A stretch of DNA of 64,000 nt from Chloropicon primus (taxonomy: Eukaryota), in the NCBI GenBank assembly GCA_023205875.1, contig CP060765.1, positions 1 to 64,000 of the forward strand, given 5' to 3'. Position numbers and translations under genes: made by a program. Of this stretch, positions 53,775 through 64,000 are shown in pieces. The notes beneath the pieces are model-generated. The model was not told the DNA's origin. It was given only the letters and a program-made list of their open reading frames with translations, and made no database searches. How positions within the stretch are numbered: the first letter of the stretch is position 1; each line of letters opens with the position of its first letter.

Positions 53775-54741
53775 CCTTGGCCTTTGCGATAGCAGCCTTC
53801 CTGGCATCCTCTGCCTTCTGCTGAGCGTCCAGCTTCTTCTTGAGGGCAGCCGCGACAATGCTCTTGGCCGTGTTGTACGATACCTCCATGTTTCCGAGCT
53901 GGCTCTGGGTCTCAGCAAGAAGCCAAGGCAAGAAGGTGTCCTGGACCTCCTTCTCCACCGGATCGTAAAAGTGCCCAGCCTGGTGCAAGTCCGCGAAGAC
54001 GTCCTCCACGACAGTGTCGAGGAACCCACGGGCGAAGGAAGACGCAGCAACCTTCTGCCTGACCTGGCCTTCCCTCTCCAACCTCTGCTTCTCCTGCTCG
54101 ATCCGCCTCTGCTTCTCCTCCTCCTTGCGCTTCTCGGCCGCCTCCATCCTTTGGGTGGCAATAAGCTCGGCATTTCTGATCTGCTCGAAGTTCTCCTGGT
54201 GCGTCCTCATGGCCTCGAGTTCCTCCTCTTCCAGCACCTCCATGAGCCCCTGCTCAAGCGTCTTGCCAACCAGTACCTCCAGTATGGGCTCGACCTCCAA
54301 GTCAAAGTCAAAGATCTCGCCGCTCTCTATCTGGGTCTCCATGTCCACACCCGTCTTCATCGGGATGAACCTAGGAGTCGGGGGCCTGTCCAAGAAAGCA
54401 TCCGTCTGCGTCGAGATCTCTGCCTCAGGCACAGTATCTGTGAGCTCCTCCAAGTACGCGTCCGTCTGTATATCCATGTGCCTCCTGCCGTCAATAGGCT
54501 CCGGAGTGCTCGCCCGCTTCAAAGTCTGGACGACTTTCTTGGGACGGCCAGTCGTCTCCATCAGGGGCTCCGCGGGGAGGATCTGTGCGGCGTACGTGTT
54601 TCCCCTCACAACACGGCGGTCAAACATTATGTTCGAAGGAATTCCACCCGGTTCATCACTCTCGCGGTACTTGGGCCTCCTGCGCGTGCGCACAGGCTGC
54701 GGCTCCGCCGCGTAAGCATACGTCTCCGTCGCAACAACCAT
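53650..54741 (-). CDS. RSP3: Flagellar radial spoke protein 3
   Basis: NIMFDRRVVRGNTYA; TPEPIDGRRHMDIQTD.YLEEL; TQTDAFLDRPPTP; FDFDLEVEPILEVLVGKTLEQ. Confidence 0.96.
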   Translation of the reverse strand: MVVATETYAYAAEPQPVRTRRRPKYRESDEPGGIPSNIMFDRRVVRGNTYAAQILPAEPLMETTGRPKKVVQTLKRASTPEPIDGRRHMDIQTDAYLEELTDTVPEAEISTQTDAFLDRPPTPRFIPMKTGVDMETQIESGEIFDFDLEVEPILEVLVGKTLEQGLMEVLEEEELEAMRTHQENFEQIRNAELIATQRMEAAEKRKEEEKQRRIEQEKQRLEREGQVRQKVAASSFARGFLDTVVEDVFADLHQAGHFYDPVEKEVQDTFLPWLLAETQSQLGNMEVSYNTAKSIVAAALKKKLDAQQKAEDARKAAIAKAKAEEEAKAAAEEKATEEAAKDAKEDAEDGEPKPEGDEEEAAA

Positions 54742-55652
54742 CCCTACCTACTAATTCTAATGGATGGGACACAACTTGGAAAGCAAAAGGTTTCCTTTCT
54801 GGGTTTCTTCCTCCAATGAAAATGAAAATGGAATGGACTTTGGTCGTATCCCGAGCCCAAATGCAATGGCCTCACTCGTTCACGCACGCAAGTCCTCGCC
54901 TTTGTTCCTCCCTTGTTTGCGTTCCTCTCTTCCCTGTCCTGGAGTATGCCACCGGTCCACCACACACCACAAGAAAGCCCAAGCGTTTGCGTGTGCGTTG
55001 TGTGTGTGTTTCTGCGGTACGTTGTCCACCCCAACCGCCTTTCCTCAAAGCCAAAGCCAAGCGAAGCGGAGTCAAGGTCAAGGTCAAGGTCAAGGTCACA
55101 CCTCCGTTGCGCTTGTGGCGTGAAGAGCTTATGGGCCACGTCGTTTGTTAGACGTTGTCTGTGTCTGTGTTGTCCGTGGAGTGGAGTGGAGTGGAGCTTG
55201 GCTTGACCGACAAGGAAGTCAGTCTCCGTCTTGTCTCGCTCGTTGCTCTTGGCTCAAGCGAGGGTCAACTCAATCACAGTGCTGTGGTCGTCCAAGAAAA
55301 AAAAAAAAAAAAAAAAACAAGGAAAAAGAGGAAAAAACGCAATGAGACTTTTCCGCTGTACAGATTCCACCTTAGGGACAACATTTCCACAACAGACAAC
55401 GGTCAAAATCGATTTCAATACAAATATGAGTTTTGGAAATGTTCGAACGTAATGGGAAGAAACTACTAGACACGAGTTTTGGAAATGTTGTATAGTTCAC
55501 ATTTGAACTACAGGGTTCGTTTTGGAGTGTGAGGGGTGTACCCCTAAAAATAGACCCCGCCCAGAAAACCGATAAGGTGCGGCGGTCATTAAGAGAAGAT
55601 AAGTTATTGATAACTTTGGGGACTGCTTTGGCTTTGTTTGACGACCGACGGG

Positions 55653-55765
55653 ATGGAGTTCAATCCTTCAGGATACAGAGGGGATCCAGGGATACCACAC
55701 TCGGATACGGCGACATTTGGGTACCTCCTCGCTTGCTCAAACGTAAGGACATGCCTCTTCTCCTC

Positions 55766-55816
<51 letters not shown>

Positions 55817-56192
55817 GCTCGCTCGTTCTCTTTGATGAGACCACTCAGCTTGGCTTGTGATGCATTCCTCATGCGCATGGCGGACTGACTTGTTGCTCTG
55901 TTGTTTTTAGATTGCACTTTTCTTGAACTTGCAGCCAGGGAGGTTCCCTGTGCTGACGGACACGAGGCCCTCGCACGGAGGGACGGGAGGAAGGACCTCG
56001 AGCTTGGTCAACATCGTGCAGCATCAGGGCGCCAAGAGGGACATGCTCAGGGGGAAGCCGCCGAGGTACTTCCTCGGGACGGCGAGGAAGACCAACAGGA
56101 GCTGGGAGGAGATGTGGTGGGACCACTTGCACTACAAGAGGTGGATGCTGGAAAGGAACGGGTGCAACTACAGGGCGGTGGAGAGGATCTAG
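55653..56192 (+). CDS. Small hypothetical protein, 2 exons (55653-55742, 55911-56192)
   Basis: ATG exon of 30 codons; GTAAGG donor; actgac branch site; tttttag acceptor in frame with ORF 55923-56192; host-like codon usage. Confidence 0.55.
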
Positions 56193-56306
56193 GGGGCGAG
56201 GGTCGGTCGGGTGGGGGCGCGTGCGTGCGCGCGTGAGAAACCCGCAGCCAAATACAAACAGATAGAAATACAAATACAAGTGCACTTGCAAACTCGACAC
56301 AATCAA

Positions 56307-59300
56307 TCACGTCGAAGACCGAGTGTACTTTAAGACCTTGCTCTTCTCCAGCCTCTTCCTGACGGCTATGCCTACTAACGCGCTCCTCACGGAGTCGGAG
56401 ACGTCGTGGAGCTGCTTTGTAATATCAATAAGATCTTTCACCTTGGAGGCCTTGCCGAGCGTCTTGATCTCGTTGGAAAGAACTTGCAAGGGGTTCTGCC
56501 CGCTCAGCATCAGCATGGAGTACTCGGCGTTCCTGACCGAGTTGTGGAAGTTCCCGCAAAAGCTTGGGTAGAGCTTGTCCTCCGCTTCGATCTCCTCCTC
56601 GGTCGGGGCGATGACCTTGCCGTACGCCAAGTTGCGGAACTTGTTCAAGTGGATGGTGCTGAGGTCCTGCATGAGCTTGAGGTACATCTTGATCATGCTC
56701 GATCCGTGGGACTCCTCCTGGACCCTGTGGAGCAAACCCCTGAGAATGGGCTCGGAGCTTCCCGCGGTGTTGAGGATGGGGCTGATCTGATCGCTCAGCG
56801 AGGCGGCGTGCCTCTTCGTGATGACGGCCACCGCGGCGTTTCGGCTGTGAACCTGCGGAGACATGTCCTCCATGTTGTCCGAGCTGAAGAACACCTCCAT
56901 GTCCTCCAGGTCCACCTCCTCCTCCCTGGGAGGGGTGAAAAAGATTTGGATGTAGGCCCTGAGGATGTTCGACATCCTTACCGCGGCGCTGAAGCCCGTG
57001 AAACTGATCTCCTCGATGTCGTGGGCCCAGTCCAAGGTAGGGTTCGTGGTCATCGACTTGGCTTCGTTCACCAGCTTCTCAATTACGTGCAGAGAGGAGG
57101 GCGGGGTGGACCCCGAGGACTCGTCCACGAGCACGGCGGTGACCCAGAACTGCTTGAAAATGGTGTTGAAGTTCAGCAGGTTGTACTTGAGCCTCTCGTC
57201 CTTGGAGGTCCTCCTGATGTTGTTGTGCATCTCCAGCATCGCGACGCACTCCTCGAGCATCTCTTCGGCTTCCTTCTGGTCCATGTACCCGTTGTTGTCC
57301 TTGTCACAGAGCCTGAAGATGTCGAGAATCGCGTTGGTGAGGTGAATCTCGCAGTGGCGGGCTTCCAGGCAGAGCTGGTAAAGGAACTCGGCCTTCAGAA
57401 CCTTCCAACAGTACTCGCTGTCTCCGTGCCTCTGGTTGTATTGCTCCAGGGTAACTTCGTCCACGATGCCCCCGATGTCGTTGTCAAGGATGTCCAAGTA
57501 CATGTCCTTCTCGTCCTCCTCCACCGGCACGGAGATGTCCGTGATGCGCTCCTCGAAAATCTCCCTTGCTTCAATCGATCGCACGCCCAGAACCGTATCG
57601 GCAATGATTTCCGCCCTGCGCCTGCACAGCCACTCCGAGCTTCCTTCGTAATTCATGGAAGTGATGTTCAAAGCAGACCTCTTGTGGTGCTCCGCCTGCA
57701 CGAAAGCATCGATGGACGCGAGGGCAGCCACGAAGCGCGCAAGCACGTCTCCGCCCCAGTAGTTTGAGATCATGTTCCAAAGGATTCTGTGCATGAACTT
57801 CCAGTTCTTCATGTACGGCGTCTCCTCGTTGTCAATGATGTTCAAAATCGTGGAGCTCTTCGAGGCGTTGTCCTGCAGCTTGCTCTTCAAGGTGACCATC
57901 ATCGAAGCCATGTACTCCTCGACAATGGAACCGGTGCCGTACTGCTTGTGGAAGTACCCCAGGAACGCCTCGTGCATGTTCCACGCGGCCACTCGGAGTG
58001 CCCCCGCCATGCAGTTCAGTTTAACGTTCGTCGAGTACGACTCCATGTACTCGGAATTGAACGAGCTCAGCGAGTGGTCAAGGAAGACCATCGAGGTCAT
58101 GAATGTGAGTTTTTGGTTGAGAGTCGCGCTATGCTGCTGATGGTGCTCCACCAGGTGCCCGAGAACTGCATCGATCATACGGTTGAGCCATTCTCCACTT
58201 CGTGTCTTACCAAGGGAGAGGAGACCTTTCACTTTGCTCTTGTTTGGGCTCGCGGGTCCCTTCTCTTCCAAGGCCGTGGCCTCTTGCACTTGCGCCAGGG
58301 CAACCTTCAAGCGAGTGTCATGGTTGGCGAACCACTGTCGCCTGTGGTGTCCCAAAAACCTTTCCTGCAAGTCTTTCATCTGGGCAGCGGTCTTGAAAGG
58401 CGTCGAATCCTCAGCCGGCGCGGGTGCTTCTGGCTTTGCCTCCGGTTCCTGCTCGGGCTTCGCCTCTGGCGTGGCAGGAACGGCAGCAGGTTTCGGTGGG
58501 GGAGGCATTTCGTCCGCCATTTTCGCCATTGCAGCGATCTGAGCGTCCAGCGACATGGCAACCGTCTTCTGTGGTGTGGGGTTGGCCTTGACCGATTCCC
58601 TTCTCTTGATAACCTCGTGAGTTATCTGCTGATGGGTTTCCTGCTTCGTCTCAGCAAGCTTTGCAAGCTCTTCTCCAATCTTGCTTCGCCTCCTGAGCAC
58701 CGGTAACGCCCCTGCTATAGCAGTTCTCTTCGTTGGCGATCCCTCGGCCTTCTTTTGGCTGCTTTGCTCCAAGTAGCTCGAGAAGACGGACGTCCTATCA
58801 GGCGAGGTGCCCACCCCCAACATGCTTCTCCTCGTCGGAGAGGTTTTGTCGGCATCTAGCAAACTCCTGCGAGCATGAAGGCTCCTTCTGGCATGTATCG
58901 CAGGTTTCACGTTCTTGCTGAGCTCCTCGATGGACTTCACCCTGGAACTCCGCCTCAAGAGCGCCGACTCTCGATGCAACGGCTGCTTTGGCTTCAACGC
59001 TTTCTCCCTTGCTTCCGCCAAGTAGCGCATAACGAGCTCCCTCAGTGTCGCGTCGAGACCTTTCACGATTTCGTTCAGCTTATCTTCCCCGTTGATGTGC
59101 TTCAGGATGCAAGAGATGTTGTACGCGTCAATTCTCGACTTGGAAAGAAAGTGGACAGCCAGGCTGGCCGGGACCTTCTCCAGAATGTTTTTGGCGAATT
59201 CAACACCAAACTTGTTGTTATCGATCGCCGTGGTTGCCACGGTATGGTTCACTTTCATGTCCTGCGACAGAAGCTGCATCAGTGATATCGTGTCGATGGG

Positions 59301-61853
59301 GATGTTCATCTTTCCAATCACCTGCTCAAGCAAGGCAAGGCCGATTCCATCTTGCCCCTGACCATACATGTTGTCCAGCAGGATACGAAGCAGGGAGGCA
59401 GCAAAACTCCTCTCACGAATTTTCAGAAGAAACTCAGCGGCTCGGTGCATGTTTTTTTGCGCCAAGTTGAGCAATATCTTGGCGCATTGCCCCTCAACAT
59501 TTATGCTGTCATCGATGTCCAAGGTCGTCGAGCAAATGTGCGTCCAGGTGGAAGCTTCTGGCCAGATCTTCTTGGTCAAGGACGCCGTGCAAAGAATCAC
59601 ATTGGCCGCAAATTCGGGCTCGAACTCGAGCAGCAACTGGGACGCGAACAACTTCTGCTTCGCGTCAAAGTTTTTGTTGCTCTCGTTCAGCATCAGCTCA
59701 AGGATTGTTGACACCACCGACTCCTCGCATCGGCTCAAGATACTGGCGAGTTGCTCCGTTCCCTTTCCACTTTGAATCAAAAGCTTGATGGCACTCTCCG
59801 TGTTAATCCTGTTGAAGACCTCGACCCTCGCAACTGGATGAAGTCGCTCCATAGAGAAAACTGCATGCTTGTTGCTGTAACCCTCGAGAAGCTTCACCTT
59901 CTTGTGGTCCTCGACAGAACCCACAAGAGCAGAGGCAAGTTCCAGGGCAAAGTTCTGATCCTCATGAAGGCCTGTGATGTGCGTCAGGATCTTGGACACA
60001 ATTTCGGGCACCACGTTGGCAAAAATCTTCAAGCGCGTTGCGTCCTCCATGTGAAGAGAAGCGTTGGCAACAATGTTTGCATCCATGTGGCCGATCAAGT
60101 CTCCTGCACGAGCGTGGGGAAGGCTTGAGAGTATCTTGGCAATCTGTTCTGCGGTAAGCTTGCTCAGGGCTCCGCCGGCCACGTCAGATGATATCGAGGA
60201 CAGCAGCTTGTCAATCTCAGGAAGTGAGAGCTCAAGAAGCGATTGGCGGACCTGGCCCTCCAGCTCTTCAATGTTCCCTGACGTGAACATGTTGAGCTTG
60301 CGCTCCAAGTCACTTTTGTTCTTCTTCTCGATTGACATCTGGTCCACGGCTTTTTGAAGGTCTTCGGATATGTTCGCCGCAATCTTCAGATGGGCAATGG
60401 CCGTGTTCTTCTTCGCCACCTTCACGGCAAACTCCTCAAACTCCTTTAGTCTCTCCTGGTGGTCCTTGAGCTTCTCTTCCAAAATCTCAAGCTTTTCCTC
60501 CCCGGTGAGGTCAAGATCATCAAAGCTGTCGATGTTGTGGTCCAGGGAGAGCCGCTTCTTCACCTTTGCACTAAACGCAGAGCTCATCTTCGTTGACTTG
60601 AAGGCCGTGTTCACTTTGGTCACCTTCTGCCACCGTATATTCCTCATTCTCGAGTCCAAGTGGCTCTCCACTTGTTTCATCCGGCCGAACACCGTGTTTA
60701 TCCTCGCGTTCATCTTTGCCATGTCTTGGTTGGCCATGTCATACCGCCGTTTCGCATCTTTCGCCATCTCTTCCTCGAGGGAGGCCTTTTTGGACATGGA
60801 GTCGTAGAGGTTCGACTGTTTCCGGAGCCGGGGGGCTTCGGCCAGAAGCACCGAGAGCTTTGCATCGTAGTGGCTGATGACGTCCTCCAAGTGGCTCGTC
60901 CTGTTTTCAAAGAGGTCGATCATCTCGTTCCACAAGAAGCCCAGGACCGCGCACCTCTCTGCGCAGTGGGCACCCACCTGCCTGATCATGTCTGTCATCG
61001 CCAGAGCCAGAACTTGGGCTTGGGGCAGCCCCTCCCACTCCAGTGAGGTTTTGGACGTCAGGCTGTTCAACGACTCGAGCTTGGAAAGCCTGCTGGAACC
61101 CGTGAGGACATCTCCTCCATGCCCTTCCCTCAAAGCATCCAATGATTTTTGCGTCCAACTCGCGAGCTGGATGGTCTCTTTCCTCGACGAGGGCAGAGAC
61201 ATGTAGCTCGTGTTCAAGGAGAACGCCATCGCTGGATGGTCGGCAACAAGCTTTGAGTCGATGTCCCTCACAAAGGTGTAACCAGGCATCACGTTTGCAT
61301 TGATGCAAGGCTGGTGTCCAGGTACCCTTACTTTCATGAACATCTCACTCCCTTTCTTGACTCTCTGCGCGCTCGGGGGTGCGAAGGAGGGCCTCTCCTT
61401 CCTAGTGGAGCTCGAGCCCTCCTCAAAGAGCTCGGAGAAGCTGGAGAGCAATTGCCTTTTATCGACATCGTTTGCCGAGAAGTCCTGCCTGAACGATATG
61501 TCAGCCTGCCCAGTAACTCCGGCGTACATCATGGCGTTGTCGGAGCCCGAGAACTCGGGAAGCAAGATCGCGCGGCTGTCTTCCTTGTGAAAGTCTTGTA
61601 CCGACATGGCCTCCTCTTCACTCTCCACTACGTTCAAGCTGCTTTCATTTTTTGCCACTTGCGCCCTGTTCAAGCCATCCACCATGCTCTCCAACGAGCC
61701 ACCTCTGCTCGCTTCCGACCTCAGCCTCCGGGAGCCGGGGCTCACTTCGTGCCTCAGCAGGCTCTCCGGGAGCTGCCCCTTCCGCCTTGCCAGCGCCGGG
61801 AACCTCCTCGAGGTGTCAGAGACCGTCCACGAGGACGGCGTCGAGGGAGGCAT
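56307..61853 (-). CDS. Large coiled-coil protein with an axonemal dynein light chain-like motif, helical repeats and an EF-hand
   Basis: 1848-aa ORF; MIRQVGAHCAERCAVL resembles the IRQV..C.ERG.LL motif; EF-hand DKDNNGYMDQKE. Confidence 0.7.
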   Translation of the reverse strand: MPPSTPSSWTVSDTSRRFPALARRKGQLPESLLRHEVSPGSRRLRSEASRGGSLESMVDGLNRAQVAKNESSLNVVESEEEAMSVQDFHKEDSRAILLPEFSGSDNAMMYAGVTGQADISFRQDFSANDVDKRQLLSSFSELFEEGSSSTRKERPSFAPPSAQRVKKGSEMFMKVRVPGHQPCINANVMPGYTFVRDIDSKLVADHPAMAFSLNTSYMSLPSSRKETIQLASWTQKSLDALREGHGGDVLTGSSRLSKLESLNSLTSKTSLEWEGLPQAQVLALAMTDMIRQVGAHCAERCAVLGFLWNEMIDLFENRTSHLEDVISHYDAKLSVLLAEAPRLRKQSNLYDSMSKKASLEEEMAKDAKRRYDMANQDMAKMNARINTVFGRMKQVESHLDSRMRNIRWQKVTKVNTAFKSTKMSSAFSAKVKKRLSLDHNIDSFDDLDLTGEEKLEILEEKLKDHQERLKEFEEFAVKVAKKNTAIAHLKIAANISEDLQKAVDQMSIEKKNKSDLERKLNMFTSGNIEELEGQVRQSLLELSLPEIDKLLSSISSDVAGGALSKLTAEQIAKILSSLPHARAGDLIGHMDANIVANASLHMEDATRLKIFANVVPEIVSKILTHITGLHEDQNFALELASALVGSVEDHKKVKLLEGYSNKHAVFSMERLHPVARVEVFNRINTESAIKLLIQSGKGTEQLASILSRCEESVVSTILELMLNESNKNFDAKQKLFASQLLLEFEPEFAANVILCTASLTKKIWPEASTWTHICSTTLDIDDSINVEGQCAKILLNLAQKNMHRAAEFLLKIRERSFAASLLRILLDNMYGQGQDGIGLALLEQVIGKMNIPIDTISLMQLLSQDMKVNHTVATTAIDNNKFGVEFAKNILEKVPASLAVHFLSKSRIDAYNISCILKHINGEDKLNEIVKGLDATLRELVMRYLAEAREKALKPKQPLHRESALLRRSSRVKSIEELSKNVKPAIHARRSLHARRSLLDADKTSPTRRSMLGVGTSPDRTSVFSSYLEQSSQKKAEGSPTKRTAIAGALPVLRRRSKIGEELAKLAETKQETHQQITHEVIKRRESVKANPTPQKTVAMSLDAQIAAMAKMADEMPPPPKPAAVPATPEAKPEQEPEAKPEAPAPAEDSTPFKTAAQMKDLQERFLGHHRRQWFANHDTRLKVALAQVQEATALEEKGPASPNKSKVKGLLSLGKTRSGEWLNRMIDAVLGHLVEHHQQHSATLNQKLTFMTSMVFLDHSLSSFNSEYMESYSTNVKLNCMAGALRVAAWNMHEAFLGYFHKQYGTGSIVEEYMASMMVTLKSKLQDNASKSSTILNIIDNEETPYMKNWKFMHRILWNMISNYWGGDVLARFVAALASIDAFVQAEHHKRSALNITSMNYEGSSEWLCRRRAEIIADTVLGVRSIEAREIFEERITDISVPVEEDEKDMYLDILDNDIGGIVDEVTLEQYNQRHGDSEYCWKVLKAEFLYQLCLEARHCEIHLTNAILDIFRLCDKDNNGYMDQKEAEEMLEECVAMLEMHNNIRRTSKDERLKYNLLNFNTIFKQFWVTAVLVDESSGSTPPSSLHVIEKLVNEAKSMTTNPTLDWAHDIEEISFTGFSAAVRMSNILRAYIQIFFTPPREEEVDLEDMEVFFSSDNMEDMSPQVHSRNAAVAVITKRHAASLSDQISPILNTAGSSEPILRGLLHRVQEESHGSSMIKMYLKLMQDLSTIHLNKFRNLAYGKVIAPTEEEIEAEDKLYPSFCGNFHNSVRNAEYSMLMLSGQNPLQVLSNEIKTLGKASKVKDLIDITKQLHDVSDSVRSALVGIAVRKRLEKSKVLKYTRSST

Positions 61854-62466
61854 AGCAGGGACAGGGAACAGAAGCTGCCAAAAGAGAGAGAGAGCCAGGG
61901 AAGAAGGTCAGGAAACTTGGTCCGGGTATTGCAACGGGTTCCATCGTCTTACCTCATTCAAATGTTGCTTCCTGTATGCCGAAGTGGCGTCCGTGTCCGT
62001 CCCAGTCAGAAGGTCTCTCCTTGAGCGTCCCGTTGTAGAAGAGTACTGGGACAGTTGGCCTGCAAGGAATGTAGGCAGAGGAAAGAAGCAAAAGCGCGTG
62101 GGAGAAAGGTACAAGTCAGAGACGGATTCAATCCAATTCATGGTAAAAACCAAACTCTGTTGGAATGTCTTTGCACACAACCTTCCCCATGCTCTGCAGG
62201 ACTTACTTGTGGAGGCCTGGCCCAGACTCCTTTGACTGGGATACCTCTGTCCGTCCATATCGTGTCACGCGTCCAGTCCCTCGCTTTGGTCTTCTAGTGA
62301 ATGTATGTTTCTGTGGTACCTGAATCCCAATGGTCCTTCTCCTTGTGTTGTGTCTCGTTGTGCCGCGCTCCTCCTCATGCCAAGGGTCTCGTCCTGCGGC
62401 CTTCCTCCATCCTCCTCTCCTCTCTCCTCTTCTCCATCGGTCAATTGACGCAGTTCCAGTGCAATA

Positions 62467-62700
62467 CCATTTCCTTAACCAAAACCAAGGTGCATCCCAT
62501 TTCCTTAAGTAAAACCAAGGTGCATCCCATTTTCTTAACCAAAACTAAGGTGAATCCCATTTCCTTAAGTAAAACCAAGGTGCATCCCATTTCCTTAAGT
62601 AAAACCAAGGTGCATCCTATTTCCTTAAGTAAAACCAAGGTGAATCCCATTTCCTTAAGTAAAACCAAGGTGCATCCCATTTCCTTAAGTAAAACCAAGG
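62467..62700. repeat. 30-bp minisatellite, about 8 copies
   Basis: ccatttccttaagtaaaaccaaggtgcatc repeated head-to-tail with few substitutions and no spacers. Confidence 0.95.
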
Positions 62701-62732
62701 GATGCGAGAAAAACCAAGGGAAAGATCCGATT

Positions 62733-62766
<34 letters not shown>

Positions 62767-62934
62767 CGGGATGTGTGTGTTGTGTTGTCCTGGTGTAGTG
62801 ATGGTGTGTTGGACTGTGTTTGGATCCGAGTGAGTTCTTTTGTCTTCCCGCGGCAATTTGAATCTCCCCACCGCACGAACGGGGGGCGTCAGGCCTCAGG
62901 ACTGGGAACGAGGGAGGGGACGGGCTTGGACACC

Positions 62935-64000
62935 ATGGAAGCGGCGACAGCCGTGAGTACTGAGAGCGGTAGGCAGTACCAGCACGAAACTGGGATGCAG
63001 GGGGAGCAAGATTTCGGTCTCTTCCTTCAAGACGTAAGGCTCACACCTCGGCAGGAAGTCTTGGACAAAAGTATTGCCTTCTGACACCACCCACTCTCTC
63101 ACTTCTCTCTTCAACTTGTTCTTCACCTTTATGCTTTGCTCCTGGCCGTGGTCTTCAGGTGGCTGCACGAGTCATCCAGCATCACTACTTGCAGTGGAAG
63201 GGAAGGAGGACGGCCAAGATGGACGACTTGAGTGCGGACCTAGGCGGCGTGGGAGCGGAAGGAGGCAAGGGCCTGTCTGGTGCTGGCCAAGGCAAAGCGT
63301 TTGTCCTGAGGCGGTCAAAGTCTCTGGAGGTTTCCACGACGGAGGTTTGCTTCGACACGGAGAGTGACATGGAGAGCGAGAGGGACGAGGAAATGCGTGG
63401 CGAGGTCAGCACCTCGCTGGGGAGAAGCGCGGAGTCCCCTCGGAGACGACTCACTTCTAGCTCTGAGGCAGAGGCAGTGGTGAAGAGTCCTGACCGTGTG
63501 CCAAGGAAGAGGACGCCCAAGGAGTTGCCGCATCGCTTGAAGGCGCTTAGGGAGAGGGACAGGAATGTCTTGTCCCGGTCTCAGGCGCGCAACGAGGAGA
63601 CTGCCGGGAAGCCTGGCTTTCTCCTGGACAACACCCACGACCTCCTCAAGTCCACGGACAAGCTTCAAGACATCCTGCAGTTCCTGAAAAGAGCTGACAC
63701 GAGCATCGATGTGGAGCAGTCCAAATCAAAGCCTGTTTTCAGGACCGCTTCGCCCAATGCGGACACGACGAGTCCTCCTGACACAAGCGCAAGGGCGACG
63801 GGCACGGTGTCGCCTTCGATACTCAGAATCAGCGCGAACCTCGAGAGGGTGGGGGAGTCTCTTGTCGGCCTCAGCAGCCAGAGGCCCTCCGAAGGAAAGG
63901 CGGGCAACGGACGAGTCTTGGAGGGGCTCCCCGCAGGGAACGGGGGCGAGGACTTGGGCACCGTGGAGCAGACTGAAGCGATTCAGAACGTCTGCAGTGG
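62935..64000 (+). CDS. 5' part of an IQ-motif protein (exon 62935-63033; exon 2 from 63159, running off the window)
   Basis: GTAAGG...TTCAG intron joins FLQD to VAARVIQHHYLQWK; the frame appears to stay open to the window end; KLQDILQFL. Confidence 0.65.

Noticed and set aside
62467..62700. Possible CRISPR array
   Set aside because: The 30-bp units are contiguous with no unique spacers, there are no cas genes, and the context is eukaryotic.

Overview
Left end of a chromosome from a compact, GC-rich, intron-poor eukaryotic green alga. The heptameric TTTTAGG telomere, nuclear psbQ and gene style suggest a Chloropicon-like picoalga (inference, no search run). The window opens with about 590 bp of (CCTAAAA)n and a 198-bp subtelomeric satellite. 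Four adjacent glycan genes follow (GT25-like glycosyltransferase, sulfotransferase, nucleotide-sugar transporter, exostosin/GT47), then dense housekeeping genes (psbQ, RPL21, NDUFB11, kinesin-14, THOC5, Sec23/24-like, NOP58, AK-HSDH, UFD2, MYG1, PrxQ, RSP3 and others). The most unusual locus is 50673-53774: a 2.2-kb foreign-looking insert carrying an intact fused beta-alpha cobalt-type nitrile hydratase and a truncated Fanzor2/IS607-TnpB-like RuvC-I fragment. It is bracketed by a ~430-460-bp direct duplication of the 3' ends of the two convergent host genes. All gene identities come from recognised motifs, not database searches.
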